A stretch of DNA of 64,000 nucleotides from Macrostomum hystrix. Taxonomy: Eukaryota > Animalia > Platyhelminthes. A program made the position numbers and the translations under genes. Shown here in pieces: positions 10,428-52,933 of the stretch. Where the stretch lies: assembly GCA_950097015.1 (NCBI GenBank), contig CATNEN010000001.1, forward strand, positions 14,322,001 through 14,386,000, given 5' to 3'. Positions within the stretch are counted from its first letter, which is position 1. The number at the start of each line of letters is the position of its first letter. The notes under the pieces were generated by a model. The model saw only the letters and a list, made by a program, of their open reading frames with translations, was not told the origin of the DNA and did no database searches.

Positions 10428-12924
10428 GGTTCTGTCAGTCCGAACTGAAGCCGTTCTGAGCCGCGAGTACCAATTAGTCGACGAACCGGTGGAAATTAGC
10501 GCACAGGTGAAAAGTGAAGTGATCAACGAAACGGGCATCCTATCCGAGATGGATTGCGTGACAAGATGCCAGACCCGCGGCTGCTTTGTAGCGGTGGCTC
10601 ACGAGAGCTGCAGCCTGTGCCAAATCGTCATCCTGGACGAGGACTCACCGACGGCTAGCCGAATGTTCAGACTGCTTGGCACAGAGGCCCGGGCCAGGGT
10701 GTGGAAGACTGACACTATACCGTCAAATGTGAACTTCACAATGGAATTGCGTCTGGACAGTAAGACTTAAAACTCGATTGAACAGGCTTAGGCCTGTAAA
10801 AATACTTTTCAAGCATTCCTTAGATTCATGCTCAAAATTATTTCTACTCAACTAGAGTCAAAGAGGAGGGCTTGGGCACTGACACAACATTCGGTGACAA
10901 ATTCTGCCCATTTCACTGACTTCTGAGCACACATGTACACAGACACCGTACGCAGGCACAAACTCACAGAGGTGTGCACACCAGTTCTGACTTTCTCATT
11001 GTCTCACTGTGCCTTGAAGTTTGACCCTCAAGGGCGTAAATTGCACGGAAGGCTCCAAAGCCTTCTCTCTGCGTCTCCAAATGAATGTGGCGTCGCCGTG
11101 GAATGGAGCTCAAGCACCTTGGTGCCAGATGCAAAACGCAAGATGCAGACCACTCACTGTCGCTCACCCCCCTAAGGACTACTTTGTAGACAACTACTAG
11201 TGGCCCGTGGCTAGAGTCAGAATCAGCTAAAAATCGGTTCATCAAATCTCCCAGACTCAATGTTGCCTCACTGGCTGCGAGCCCAACTGTCACAAAAGAA
11301 ATATGATTTAGTTCCCACAGCCAGCTGAAAATAATTATGATTATACCATTGAAATGCCATCTGTCTTGCAGACACAGCCACTGGCCGAAACGGCAGCATC
11401 CAGCAACTGACAATCAACCTGACCGGCTGCTACCGCATCCAGGCCGCTGGAGCCGCAGGTGGCAGCAACGGCGGCGGCAGTGGTGGCAGAGGAGCCCTGA
11501 TCGCTGGCAACTTCAGCCTGACCAAAGGAACTCAACTATCTGTAGTTGTGGGACAAGCTGGCGGCTCTCATTCAGTATCAACGCCTTACGGGAGCTATGG
11601 CTCGGGTGGCGGTGGAGGAGGTACTTTTGTGTACAGGACAGCTGATGCTTATTTGCTGATTGCTGCTGGCGGCGGTGGTGGCGCTTCATGCAGTCGAAGC
11701 AGTTTCTATTACACCAGCGTAAACGGTTTGTAATTCCTGTTTACAGCTTGTGATCGTTTTATAAGTACGCCTAGCTGGGGCTGGGCAGTGTAAATTTATG
11801 TTCCTAAGCTGGTCATAATCGAGGATTTTGCATGTAAAACGTATCCGTGTGCGCGTGTGTGCCCATGGGTCAGCGAGATAAGCAGAACTCCTCGCTACTG
11901 GCCCACAGCCACATTAAAGTATGCTCTACGCTCACAAGCGCTCACTCCAACTGTCAAAATGTACATATACCTGAGAATAGGAATATTTGGGGGGGTCGTT
12001 GGCAGAGCGGTTAACGCGTATGCCTCTCGCACCACGGTCCCTAAGTTCGATTCAGCGGCGTGGCCACATTCATTCGGGCGCAGCCGTGGAGAGATGGCTT
12101 GGGGGCTTGCCGTGCCATTTACGCACTTGAGGGCCGACCTCCAAGGCACAGTGAAAGTGTACACTTCCTGGCGATGAGAAAGACAGGCCAGATGTACACA
12201 ACTGCGTGAGCGTGTGCTTGTGTACGGTATCCGTGTGCGTGTGTGCTCAGGAGTCAGCGAAATGGGCAGATGTGCCTCCTCGCTGGCTGCGGGTCCAGTG
12301 TCACAAAATGATGTGCCATTGCCCGCAGCCCTCCTGCAAGTAATAATAAAAATAATAATAAATAAGTACATTTTAATTACACAAAGAAACATCTGCCCAC
12401 TAAAACCGACAGGAAAAGATGGCCAGGCCGCTGTAAACGGGACCGACTCGGGTCCAGTCACCACAACCGCTAAAATGGGCTTCGGCGGGGCAAACGGCCA
12501 ACCTGGAGTCAACCAGCCTGCCAACACACCGTCTGAGGTCACTCACGGGGGCTGTGGTGCTGGCTGGCTGGGCCATAGGAATGTGACACCGAAATCTGCA
12601 GCCGATGGAGAGAATGGCTACGGATTGGTCGACAAATGGCTTGGAGGAAGAGCCGGTAGCGATGCCAGCAGCAACGGAGGATTCGGCGGCGGCGGAGGCG
12701 GAGGATTCAGCGGAGTAATTAGTTATGTGGTTATAACTCTCGGTGCTGGCGGAGCCGGAGGAGGTTTTAGCGGTGGAGGAGCTGGGGTGACCTCTGGACA
12801 GGCTGGCGGTGGTGGCGGTTCCTATTGCGGCGGCAGCAGCTGTACTGGAGTCTCCGGTGGTAGCACGTCCAGCGATCAGGGATTTGTCACTTTAAAATGG
12901 CTGATGCTTGGAACCTGCGTTTAA
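10428..12924 (+). CDS. PAN/apple-like domain plus ALK/LTK-type glycine-rich domain protein, paralogue B (5' exon not located)
   Basis: Exons ~10428-10759, 11372-11725 and 12413-12924 join in frame, with the same intron positions and phases as paralogue A. SEMDCVTRCQTRGCFVAVAHESCSLCQ; TGCYRIQAAGAAGG...GRGALIAGNFSL; GFGGANGQPG...HGGCGAGWLG...DQGFVTLK. Confidence 0.75.
10861..11173 (-). mobile_element. Degenerate SINE family 1 copy (intronic)
   Basis: Reverse complement matches the 11989 element (cactgtgccttg, caagggcgtaaattgcacg, ccaaatgaatgtggc, cactcacccccc-like 5' end). Confidence 0.7.
11989..12365 (+). mobile_element. Full-length tRNA-derived SINE, family 1 (~375 bp)
   Basis: GGGGG start, A box TGGCAGAGCGG, B box GTTCGATTC, (TAA)n tail. 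Related copies occur at 3772, 5455, 10861, 26410, 34390 and 63762. Confidence 0.85.
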
Positions 12925-12926
12925 GT

Positions 12927-13486
12927 GGGATCAGGGATCGGGATCAGGGATCGGGATCAGGGATCGGGATCAGGGATCGGGATCAGGGATCAGGATCAGG
13001 GATCGGGATCAGGGATCGGGATCAGGGATCGGGATCAGGGATCGGGATCAGGGATCGGGATCAGGGATCGGGATCAGGGATCGGGATCAGGGATCGGGAT
13101 CAGGGATCGGGATCAGGGATCGGGATCAGGGATCGGGATCAGGGATCGGGATCAGGGATCGGGATCAGGGATCGGGATCAGGGATCGGGATCAGGGATCG
13201 GGATCAGGGATCGGGATCAGGGATCGGGATCAGGGATCGGGATCAGGGATCGGGATCAGGGATCGGGATCAGGGATCGGGATCAGGGATCGGGATCAGGG
13301 ATCGGGATCAGGGATCGGGATCAGGGATCGGGATCAGGGATCGGGATCAGGGATCGGGATCAGGGATCGGGATCAGGGATCGGGATCAGGGATCGGGATC
13401 AGGGATCGGGATCAGGGATCGGGATCAGGGATCGGGATCAGGGATCGGGATCAGGGATCGGGATCAGGGATCGGGATCAGGGATCG
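12927..13486 (+). repeat. 13-bp satellite (GGGATCAGGGATC)n, about 43 copies
   Basis: Near-perfect array starting just after the stop codon of paralogue B. Confidence 0.97.
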
Positions 13487-14034
13487 AGTTGTATCGTGGT
13501 GAAGGATTAGAGATGTTGATAGAGGGGCATGGATCTTGTCTTGAGAGGAAGACATCACAAATGACCCTCACGATTTAAAAAAAATGTATATCCGGCTTGT
13601 GGCTTGAAAAGTTGGGTCCTGGCAACTGCAACCTGCAACCTGCAACTGCTGGGTGCGTCCATTAATATTTGAGTAATTTACTGTTACTTGTGTGTCATCT
13701 CATATACCGTGAATTTATTTAAATTTTACCCGCTATTCGTGAAATTGTTTAACTGCAAATATACCACTTGAAAGGTCTACTTAGAGTAGAGTAGTGAGGA
13801 AAATACCAGATTTGCCCCCCATAACTTATTGTTAAAAATGTTAAAGCTGTTATTTGCTTTCTCGATTGTGATAATATTTTGTTAATTCTGAAATACATAA
13901 CTGAGTCTGCAAATCGAACTGGTAATTTACCGTTTTGATTTTTTAACGATTTCGATTAAATGTTCTATCTTCTAATTGTACTCGTAATTTATGTTGGTAT
14001 TATAGTATTATAGTCGTTTGCAATAGTATCAGAT

Positions 14035-15187
14035 CACAGATACTAAATACCTGGTGCTAAAAAGCAGCTTGGTGCACAACTGCTGGATTGCTACAATTGA
14101 CTGAAGCCAGCCTTCCTTGAATATCATTGTTGCCCTCTGACATCTGCCACTTCTGGGATGAAACTTCCAGCTTCGAATAAAGACTTCGGATGGTTTGAGT
14201 TGAGCCATTTGATCATCGAGTGACTCCCGACAGATTGGCTGTGTGAAGCCCTTGCCTGATCTAATGGAGTTCAGCAACTTGTTGATGCGCCTCTTCAGAG
14301 CTGATTCCGACGGCAATGGCAACTGCCACTGTCTTCTAAGAAGTCTAAAGGCTGCTGGGCTTTTGTGATGCAGCTGAATAGATGTTGCAATGTCACGCTT
14401 TGACCATCGCATTCCACGGCTGCGTATGCTTCGCAATTTGGCGGCGTTCTGTCAGGCGTTTCACTGCACTGTTGAAAGGCGTTCGCAACTTTGCCTTTGC
14501 CAGCAGGTGCTGCAGGCTCTTAATTATAATATTCTTACTGTGCAGACTTTTTTGTAAGGAAACAAAACGACTTTCTATAGGTTGCTGAAATTGCTGTGCG
14601 TCCGCTAGGTTTCATTGCGGATGGTGTTAAATCTTTCTCAATCAAATCAGGTGGTGTTAATTCCAACTCACACTGCTGCTGAGCAACTACGTCACTGTAG
14701 CCGTTCTCGGCGATGGGTAAAAGACGGGGCGGGTACATGTTGTCCGCTTCCTCATCGCTTCTGATGTAAGAAGGAGACGGACCCTCGCGAACGAGACGAG
14801 GGAGAGTCAGCTCTCTGTCCGGCACAGCGTCCCAGCGGAGACTAAAATTTGCAAGCGGAAATAATTTGCTTTGTATATAGTTTGGATGCTGCTCAAATAC
14901 TCCACAGATACTAAATACGTATAATAAAGAAACAGATAGGAAATGAAATTTTTTTTGTTGATTGAGTTTGATCTTTTCGAAATCTCGCGCAAACGTGTCA
15001 AGTTTAGAACTGCCTTCAATAAGTGGCATACGGTTTGGAGAGATGTCTCTGGTTAATTTTGGAGAGAAAAAAGTCTTAGTATATAGCGCAAGTAATTTCC
15101 GCATCAACTACTGCCCGTAGAGTAGGCAACAAAAATTTTACATGGGGAAGATCGTGAGTGACATATCTAGGGTATTTAGTATCTGTG
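14035..15187 (-). mobile_element. Internally deleted P-element/THAP9-like DNA transposon with 17-bp TIRs
   Basis: CACAGATACTAAATACC at 14035 and its reverse complement at 15171-15187, with a third TIR-like copy at 14903. Translation shows the THAP end (LRWDAVP), RWSKRDIATSIQLHHKSPAAFRLLRRQWQLPLPSESALKR and GWLQSIVAIQQL, motifs of P transposases. The catalytic core is missing and no matching TSD was found. Confidence 0.75.
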
Positions 15188-16098
15188 GTGCAGGTTGGAT
15201 AATTCTGTTATTATAACTGCGCGAAGATCTAATGTAAAACATAAATAAGCAAAATACTGCATATAATCACCACAAGAAAAGAATAATTAATTGACTCGAC
15301 CTCGAGAAAGACAAAATGATAGGGGTAAACTAAGCCAACGCTCTACGCCAGTTTCTATTGTTTGTTTATACGCCACTATAAAATAGCGCACTTCCGAATA
15401 ACCCAAGTCCGACCCCCAGTTCAAACACCCCATCAATACAAAATCCGGTTAGAACCGGTCATAAATTGCACACTCGAGGAACCTAAGCGTATATTTTTAG
15501 ACGAAGAATGTGAAGCACAACTTAAACTGGGTGTGTTATGTATCGAGAATTAAGTGTACATAAATCTAAGCGTACATTCGTGTGGCAGTTTACACTGCTT
15601 CAGTGTACCCTTCCCGTCCACTCCGTTCTTTTCGTCCCTACCCCACTTTTGGAATTTCCATTTAGCTCACTCGGAGAGTTCTGCAGCAGCCAAACCCCAA
15701 ACTGATGCACGCCTAGACAGCGTGATCGGAGAGTCCCCAAGTCTTTCCCCAGTTCTTTCCGCTCTCCCCTCTTCCCTCTATCCCTTACCATCTCTTCCAC
15801 TCCAGCCCCTCACGCTTCCGCCGCCTCCACTGTTAAAAAGGAGGGTAGAGAGAATATTTGACAAGTCACGGAGATTTCCAAATCTAAAACAGCCGGCGCT
15901 ACCGCTACATAATAAAAAACTAGCTTGTAAGATTATCAATTTTCCGTGTAAGAAACAAGTTCTCTTAACCGCTTTTGACTCTAGACCAATTATTAATATC
16001 TTTATTCTTTGACCAACGTCTCTCTTCTCAGGACTCTATAAAGAAATATTGTGTTGCCACGAGCTTAACGACCGCTTGGGACTCGTTAAAAGGACAAC

Positions 16099-46304
<30,206 letters not shown>

Positions 46305-47485
46305 TTGATTGATTGACTGATTGATTGATCAAAGAAGTTACTAAACAATTCAACAACTATAAACTTGTGTTATTTGTATGTTCTCAACTCTAAGCTGAAT
46401 TAACAATACCAACTGTTGTGTGTGCGTTATTTTTCTGTTATTTAAAATTCTCGTCTAAAGTACTCGTAATTTATGCCTAGTTACTACTGTCAGTAGCAGA
46501 AATCGAACATAATAATTCAGTAGCTAAAAAACTTTATTTCAGCCATTTTTACTCACATTTCTACTGACAGTAGTGTCATTAGGATATTGGGTCGGTTATT
46601 AATAGATTAGATTTCAACTTGGCGCCACTCTGAATTGCACTTCTCATTAGCGTTGTTTCACCTTTTCTAAATCCCGACCTGTGTTTTTAATTCTAAGATT
46701 CTAATCTCTCATTTTAGATTTTAGTTGAACTAGAATCGTTTCGGTGACGTTTATCGCGTATTCATTTTGCTTGATTTTAATTTGTTTATTTAGATTCGAT
46801 TCACTCTCGTTAGTTTAGAACCTAGTACATGCCTTCATTTCTACATTTTTATCTTTTTCATAGTTTATTCTTACCTTATCACAGAATCACCTTGAAAATC
46901 GGTCATGACATTGTCCGAATATTAATGTATTAATGTCGGTTCCTAGTTGCTTACCTGTCACAGGTACATCGCATGTTGAACTCCCTGGGATTGGTTATTT
47001 TCACCTTTCGTGCTTACTATCAACTCCTGGTTATTAATTAGGCTCGTAGAATACAACCCAGTGTAAAAAGTCGAGTCCGACGGACTCAGATTCGTCATAG
47101 TCCGCAGTGATAGGTTATGTACGACCATGTCTTATCTGATCGGACCCTGATCGGACCCTGACTTGTAGACTTTGGAAAGACTGCTATTGGACTCTCTATT
47201 CATGGCTACTATCAGTAGTGTTAATTGCGAAGTTTGCTTGATATAAATAGAGAATTAAAAATTGTTTTATTTCTTTTTAAGCATTGCAATGAGTTGTTTT
47301 ACTTTTTGTTTTTGAAGTTTATTTGTATATAATTATTACAATAGATTACAATAAATTAATTAGCAATGATAAATGTACCTATAATGACAAATTATAATTC
47401 TTTATACTAAATGTTTCATTACCCAGCTAGTAGCCATACCGTACATTTTTTCCAGTCAAACATTAAAATAGACAGTTATTAAATA

Positions 47486-50383
47486 TTAATCAGAATCTGA
47501 GTCAACGACTGTAGGCCGGCTGCCCCTTTTGCACTGCTTTTTGGCTGGTAAATCATCGGCTGTGGCAGCCCGCTTCAATCCTCTGGTCGCTGTAGCAGCG
47601 GCAGCTTCAGCATTATCGGTGGCCCGTGCAGCTTTTGCTTGAAGTCGCTTCTGCCTCGCAACCTCTCTTTCCAATGCGTGCTTCAGGACGTCTTTGATAG
47701 CATTCTCAATGCTCTTGTCGCTATGCACAGGTTCCCCCGTTTTAGGGTCCCTTGGAAAGAGGTCCTGAACGGCATCTGAAAAAAATAATTATCAAGTTCA
47801 TGTTGTAATGATCACGCTTGTAGATGTCTACTATCAGTAGCAACAACCGGAAATAAAAAAGAGAAATGAAACTTCAACATAATATGCCCGATTTACTGTA
47901 AATCAAAAAGTGTGATCCCCGACCCCGAGTGATTCTGGGTGTGGTGAACTGGATTGCAATAGAATAGTGAGTAGTGGTGAACTGGATTGCAATAGAATAG
48001 TGAGTAGTGGTGAACTGGATTGCAATAGAATAGTGAGTAGTGGTGAACTGGATTGCAATAGAATAGTGAGTAGTGGTGAACTGGATTGCAATAGAATAGT
48101 GAGTAGTGGTGAACTGGATTGCAATAGAATAGTGAGTAGTGGTGAACTGGATTGCAATAGAATAGTGAGTAGTGGTGAACTGGATTGCAATAGAATAGTG
48201 AGTAGTGGTGAACTGGATTGCAATAGAATAGTGAGTAGTGGTGAACTGGATTGCAATAGAATAGTGAGTAGTGGTGAACTGGATTGCAATAGAATAGTGA
48301 GTAGTGGTGAACTGGATTGCAATAGAATAGTGAGTAGTGGTGAACTGGATTGCAATAGAATAGTGAGTAGTGGTGAACTGGATTGCAATAGAATAGTGAG
48401 TAGTGGTGAACTGGATTGCAATAGAATAGTGAGTAGTGGTGAACTGGATTGCAATAGAATAGTGAGTAGTGGTGAACTGGATTGCAATAGAATAGTGAGT
48501 AGTGGTGAACTGGATTGCAATAGAATAGTGAGTAGTGGTGAACTGGATTGCAATAGAATAGTGAGTAGTGGTGAACTGGATTGCAATAGAATAGTGAGTA
48601 GTGGTGAACTGGATTGCAATAGAATAGTGAGTAGTGGTGAACTGGAAGCAAACGAATAGCTATAAATTCCAACAAGCACTCACCAATAAACAACTTTCTG
48701 ACTCTCTTGAATCCCAGCTGCTCATAGTCGATGATGCCGCACTCTGGAAATTCCTCTTGGCAGCGCGGAATACAGCCTTTGCCGCTCCAATTGACCAGAC
48801 ACAGCATCCTCGGCGACAAACACTTGTCCATCATTCGACGGATCGTTTCCGGCAGGGTGCTGCACCGGCAACCACGCAGGCCTGCGATCTGAGTTGTGAC
48901 ATAAAAATTATCCGGTGAATTGTGAAAACTTTCAATTTTCAATTTTCAAAAACAAATCCTCAAAAAGTGTCACGCTCTACTTTAAGTAGAAATACATAAT
49001 CACTTATTTCATTTCCACACTACACATTCGGTTATCTTTATCCACAAAGATGACAAAATAAAAAATGAGCTGTCTTCTTTTTAAGTGATTGTGATTCTCT
49101 TCCTATCAGTGTTTCGGATATACTTACAAGGCTGGACTGAAGCTGCGTTGATGAGAGAAAGTCAATATACTTCTCCCAGGAGTCGATGGGCTCAAAGTAT
49201 TGGCGACTGCCGCGGGCTGGTCCTGATGTTCCGGAGCCGAGACGTGCGTCCGCGAGGGAAGAAGCGATGCCCTCCAGAATCGGCAGCACTTTTTGCTCCA
49301 GCTGCTTAATTCTTCGGACAGCGTCGCAGCTTCGGCGTGCGCTCAGCATGGCTAGTATGGCGACTCCGTTCAGCGATTCGGCCGTTGTTCCTTCTGCTGC
49401 GAGATACTGCCTGATGTTGTGCATCGCTGCTGGATTTAGTTGGTCGATCCCAGCGTCAGAATCTGGGTCATCGGCGACATACCGCCGAACTGTTGTCGGC
49501 GGCGTAGCTGGCACCGACATCGACGTCGCCGCTACGCTGTCCCGCCAAACTGTTGTCGGCGGCGTGGCTGGCACCGACATCGACGTCGCCGCTACGCTGT
49601 CCCGCCAAACTGTTGTCGGCGGCGTGGCTGGCACCGACATCGACGTCGCCGCGACGCTGTCCCGCCGAACTGTTGTCGGTGGCGTGGCTGGCACCGACAT
49701 CGACGTCGCCGCGACGCTGTCCCGCCGAACTGTTGTCGGCGGCGTGGCTGGCACCGACATCAACGGTGGCGTACGTGTGTTCAGCGGGTGCCGTTGAGAA
49801 TGCAGAAGGGCGTGATTGAAGGCAGGCAGCTCTGGTTGAGCAGCAAGAGCTGCAACGTCCCCTTCCTGGCTTTCCCTCATCCGGTTTTCGCTCTGCGCCT
49901 CATTCTCTTCGTCGGATGTTCTAATGTCCTTTGGTATGAGAGTGGGTGAAAGAAGCTGAGAAGTGCGAGTGAATGACGGTTAGAGAAAATTTATAATTAA
50001 ATTTGAAATTGAATAAAAATATTTTCACTTACCCTCATGTTCGTGAATCGGTTCCGCCGGCCGACATTCACCCTGGGAATGGCGCACAGAATCCCTTCGA
50101 GACTCTTTCTTTTAATGCTGATCAAATCCCGAATAAATTTTATAGTCGGGTCTGTTTCCGTGTTCTCATCAAGTACAATTTGAACTATGCACGCGTCAAA
50201 CCATTCATTGCCGAAGTCAGCCCTTACTCTAATTGGATTTTTATAAAAGCGATTTTCTGCGCCTAACTTCTCCCAGTCCTCCACAGTATACTCTTGGTAC
50301 TCACCAAGAGCTACCTCACTGAACATGAGCTCAATGACCTGCTTGTCGGTCTCAAAATAAACAATGAATCGGACAGATTCCAT
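47486..50383 (-). CDS. Transposon accessory protein with a C-terminal DUF4806/BEN-like domain, 4 exons
   Basis: Exons 50383-50033, 49955-49128, 48888-48684 and 47775-47486 join in frame. ETIRRMMDKCLSPRMLCLVNWSGKG...AIKDVLKHALER resembles DUF4806. Exon 2 has a 60-bp coding repeat (MSVPATPPTTVRRDSVAATS). Confidence 0.7.
47941..48646 (-). repeat. 33-bp minisatellite, about 21 apparently identical copies, in the last intron of the accessory gene
   Basis: Plus-strand unit GTGGTGAACTGGATTGCAATAGAATAGTGAGTA. Confidence 0.97.
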
Positions 50384-50692
50384 TGCTGTCTGTCAAATCT
50401 AGATGGGAATCGGAACTGGAAAAAAGACTGGATTGACTGTCTTCTATGCAGGTTGGCATGAGAATATAGCTATAGTTGCGGGAAAGGGATGCAGGAAAAT
50501 CAAATTCCTCATCCAATCAGCGCAGCTATAGCTGTATTGACCAACCCTCACCCATTACTCGACCTCCTCCCCATTCTTCCCTCCCCCTTCCCACTCGGGC
50601 CTCGATCCTAAATCAAGCTTAAAAAATGAAAAATGAAAAATATTAAAAATCATTCGAAATAAAAAAAATTGAGCTGTATTTGCAAAACAAAT

Positions 50693-52933
50693 ATGCCGAA
50701 GGAAAAAAAAACCGAGGACGACACGAATCCAAGCAGACAGTTTCAAAACTTCCTAACTGAAAGCCGGAAGTCTGCACTACCCATTGAAAATCTACATGCC
50801 GATGCAAATATTTTCCCAGCTTGCGCTGAAACCGACCTTGCAGATCGCGATTTCGAATTCGACTCAGGATTCCTCGCACAGTGCATGAATGCTTTGGTTC
50901 TTCCGAGCGAATACGAAGATGACGAAGCCAGAGTAGCTTCTGATGATGAAGATAGTGAAGACGAGGCAGCGAAGCCCAGCATGGACACTCTAGACGACGA
51001 GCTGCTCGTCCTTTTCTTGCTGCACAACCTGTCTCACAGGGCCATGCAGTTCCTCTTAAATGCACTTCACAGCCGTGGATTGCCTGTTTCCAAATCCCTT
51101 TACTTATTAACAACGAAGGATGGGAAAAAGAAAGTCCTTAAATACCCAATGGGGACAGGCGACTTTGCATACTTAGGTATTGCCTCGAATATCGGCTACC
51201 TCCTGAGCAAAAATCTACTGAGATTGGGCCAAGCATCTACTCTTCCGAACGGTTCTAAAGGGTTCGAAGTCGACATCAAAATTGGCATTGACGGGATGCC
51301 AGTTTACAGGGCATCGAACTATAGTGCCTGGCCCATCTTGGCGCTAATTTCTGGATTCGACAGACCCGTCCCGATCGGGCTGTTTGCTGGAATAGGTGAG
51401 TGACGAAAAAACTAAGCGATATTTCCCACTTTAAATCCCACATCCGATTTAAATCCCACGCCTACCAAATCCCACACTCATTATATTTTCACACTTATTA
51501 AAATTATGTAAAAAAAAGTCGAAATTTAAATTTTTTTCCTATTTGAATCTCAGGAAAGCCGCCTCTAGAAGACTACATAGCCGAATTTTGCAAGGAGGCT
51601 GCGGAACTGATGTCGGACTTCAAGATGATTGAAGGAGTGAACATCAAGATCCGAAAACTAGACTTCATCTGCGATGCGCCAGCACGCTCATTCATCTGCA
51701 AGACACTGGGGCACAATTCTCATGCCGGCTGTTTCTATTGTAGAAGTATAGGAAAGACCGTCGACAGACGAGTTGTGTACCCGACAACAGCGGGAGAGTC
51801 GCGCACGGCTGAAGATTATCGCACAGGAAGGTAGGAAGATTACTTGCTAGTTAATAAAAAAGTAATCTCCCTGCGAGAATCGCCCATAATATCTTTAAGT
51901 GAATCGCCCATAATCTCCACATTTCTTCCGTCTATCTCCACATAATCCTCAACATTTCAGTGAGTCAAACCAGCGCGCTGGGCCCAGTCCCCTGATGCAA
52001 CTGCCGGGATTGGAGTTTCCGCAGTGCATTCCACCGGACTATATGCATCTGGTCTGCCTAGGAACAGTGCGGAAGCTGTTCCACTTTCTGTTTGCTACGG
52101 ATGACGGCCGCCACTGCAAACTTCGGCCCAGCGACATAGCAGCACTATCAGACGAAGTACAAAAGGTCGCTCCGTTCACACCATCCGAATTCCAACGACG
52201 ACCTCGTCGGATTGATCGGGAGTTGTCTCATTTTAAGGCGTCAGAGTTGAAAAACTTTGTTCTGTATTTCGGCCCGGTTATCTTTCGGCGATTTCTTCCC
52301 GTCCTCCTATACAAAAATTTCCTGCTTCTACACTTTGCAATATATGTGTTCATGACGCCAGAGTTATTATCTCATCCCGAGATTTTTCGCTACGCCGCAG
52401 CTGCCCTAACCATGTTTGTCAGCGACGCCCATAAGCTGTACGGAAACAGTGTCATGAGTCACAACACTCACGTGCTGCTGCACCTTCCGGAATTTGTTCG
52501 TTCCTTTGGTAGCTTGAGCAATTTCTGCGCCTTCCCCTTTGAGAACTATTTGTCGCACATAAAAAAGCGACTACGAGTAACTCGCTTCACCACAGCACAT
52601 TTGCTGGCACAAATGCTGAACGTGCGCGAAATGCTGACCACGAACCCAGCTTCATCTCTGCGCTACAGTCCAAAGCCGCCTAACAACTGCTGCGTGATTG
52701 GAGACAACATAGTGCGTATTTCAGCAGTCCATGGCAATGGAGAAGTCACAGGAGTGATTCTCCAATTTAATGGTGGCCTGTACGAGTACCCATACACATC
52801 GGAGCTCCTGCGCATAGGGTACTACTGTGACTCCCGTCAAACAATTACCGGAATGCCAAAGAAGAAGTGCATAATGCTACCGCAACCAATAGGCTGCCTT
52901 GTTGTGCCACTGGTGTCAGAGGATTTGCATTGA
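50693..52933 (+). CDS. CMC/EnSpm-like transposase, 3 exons
   Basis: Exons 50693-51395, 51554-51830 and 51961-52933 join in frame. IGIDGMPVY...WPIL, FICDAPARSFI...GHNSHAGCFYC, PPDYMHLVCLG, FKASELKNF, HNTHVLLHLPE and AFPFENYL. Confidence 0.9.

Noticed and set aside
11989-12065. tRNA gene (also 37300-37376 on the minus strand)
   Set aside because: A and B boxes are present but there is no convincing cloverleaf, and the sequence continues into a SINE body.
12897-13578. ORFs of (GSGSGIGIRDRDQ)n in three frames
   Set aside because: Translation of the 13-bp satellite, which happens to lack stop codons. No coding evidence.
15300-15560. Faint resemblance to a GIY-YIG (Penelope) endonuclease remnant
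   Set aside because: Too degenerate, with several stops and only a partial motif, to support by eye.
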